A stretch of DNA of 63,924 nucleotides, filler included, from Octopus bimaculoides (Eukaryota), in NCBI RefSeq assembly GCF_001194135.2. It is 6 parts of 6 records of this genome, joined end to end, with 100 filler letters (N's around TTAATTAATTAA, not from the genome) between each part and the next. Parts side by side here need not be neighbours in the genome. Positions count along the whole stretch, not along the records: positions 62,817 to 63,924 come from NW_026384467.1; 5 more parts are not named here. The stretch is one strand, 5' to 3'. Shown here piece by piece: positions 63,861 to 63,924 of this stretch. Position 1 is the stretch's first letter, and the number at the start of each line of letters is the position of its first letter. The notes under the pieces were generated by a model. It did no database searches, was not told the origin of the DNA, and worked only from the letters and a program-made list of their open reading frames with translations. The translations under genes were made by a program, and so were the position numbers.

Positions 63861-63924
63861 GCCGAAATAGCTCAGTGGGAGAGCGTTAGACTGAAGATCT
63901 AAAGGTCCCTGGTTCGATCCCGGG
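63861..63924 (+). tRNA. tRNA-Phe (GAA), 3' end cut by the window edge
   Basis: GCCGAAATAGCTCAGTGGGAGAGCGTTAGACTGAAGATCTAAAGGTCCCTGGTTCGATCCCGGG: D arm GCTC/GAGC, anticodon arm TTAGA-CTGAAGA-TCTAA, intact B box. Confidence 0.92.

Overview
This is AT-rich, repeat-dense eukaryotic DNA. The SINE/LINE families and microsatellite load point to an octopus (coleoid cephalopod) genome; that is an inference. The window is six separately assembled pieces joined by artificial 44N-TTAATTAATTAA-44N spacers, so adjacency across those spacers is unproven. Genes: (1) the 3' half of UBA1 (ubiquitin-activating enzyme E1) on the minus strand, 10 phase-consistent exons from 15387 to 1583; the catalytic-Cys exon and 5' half were not found. 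(2) An unrecognised multi-exon minus-strand gene at about 37.6 to 22.6/17.7 kb that the ORF track mostly misses; one exon is one base short of frame. (3) A tRNA-Phe(GAA) cut by the window end. The rest is mobile DNA: several tRNA-derived SINE families, truncated RTE and Dong/R4 LINEs, a Penelope-like end with a degenerate hammerhead, hAT and piggyBac MITEs, mariner/Tc1 fragments, a Helentron-like element, foldback palindromes and an unclassified ~130-150 bp repeat. The best leads are an H/ACA-like hairpin in a UBA1 intron with pockets matching a 28S pseudouridine site, the orphan gene with its TGATG frameshift exon, and a ~435 bp TGT...ACA foldback. No CRISPR or prokaryote-like system was seen.
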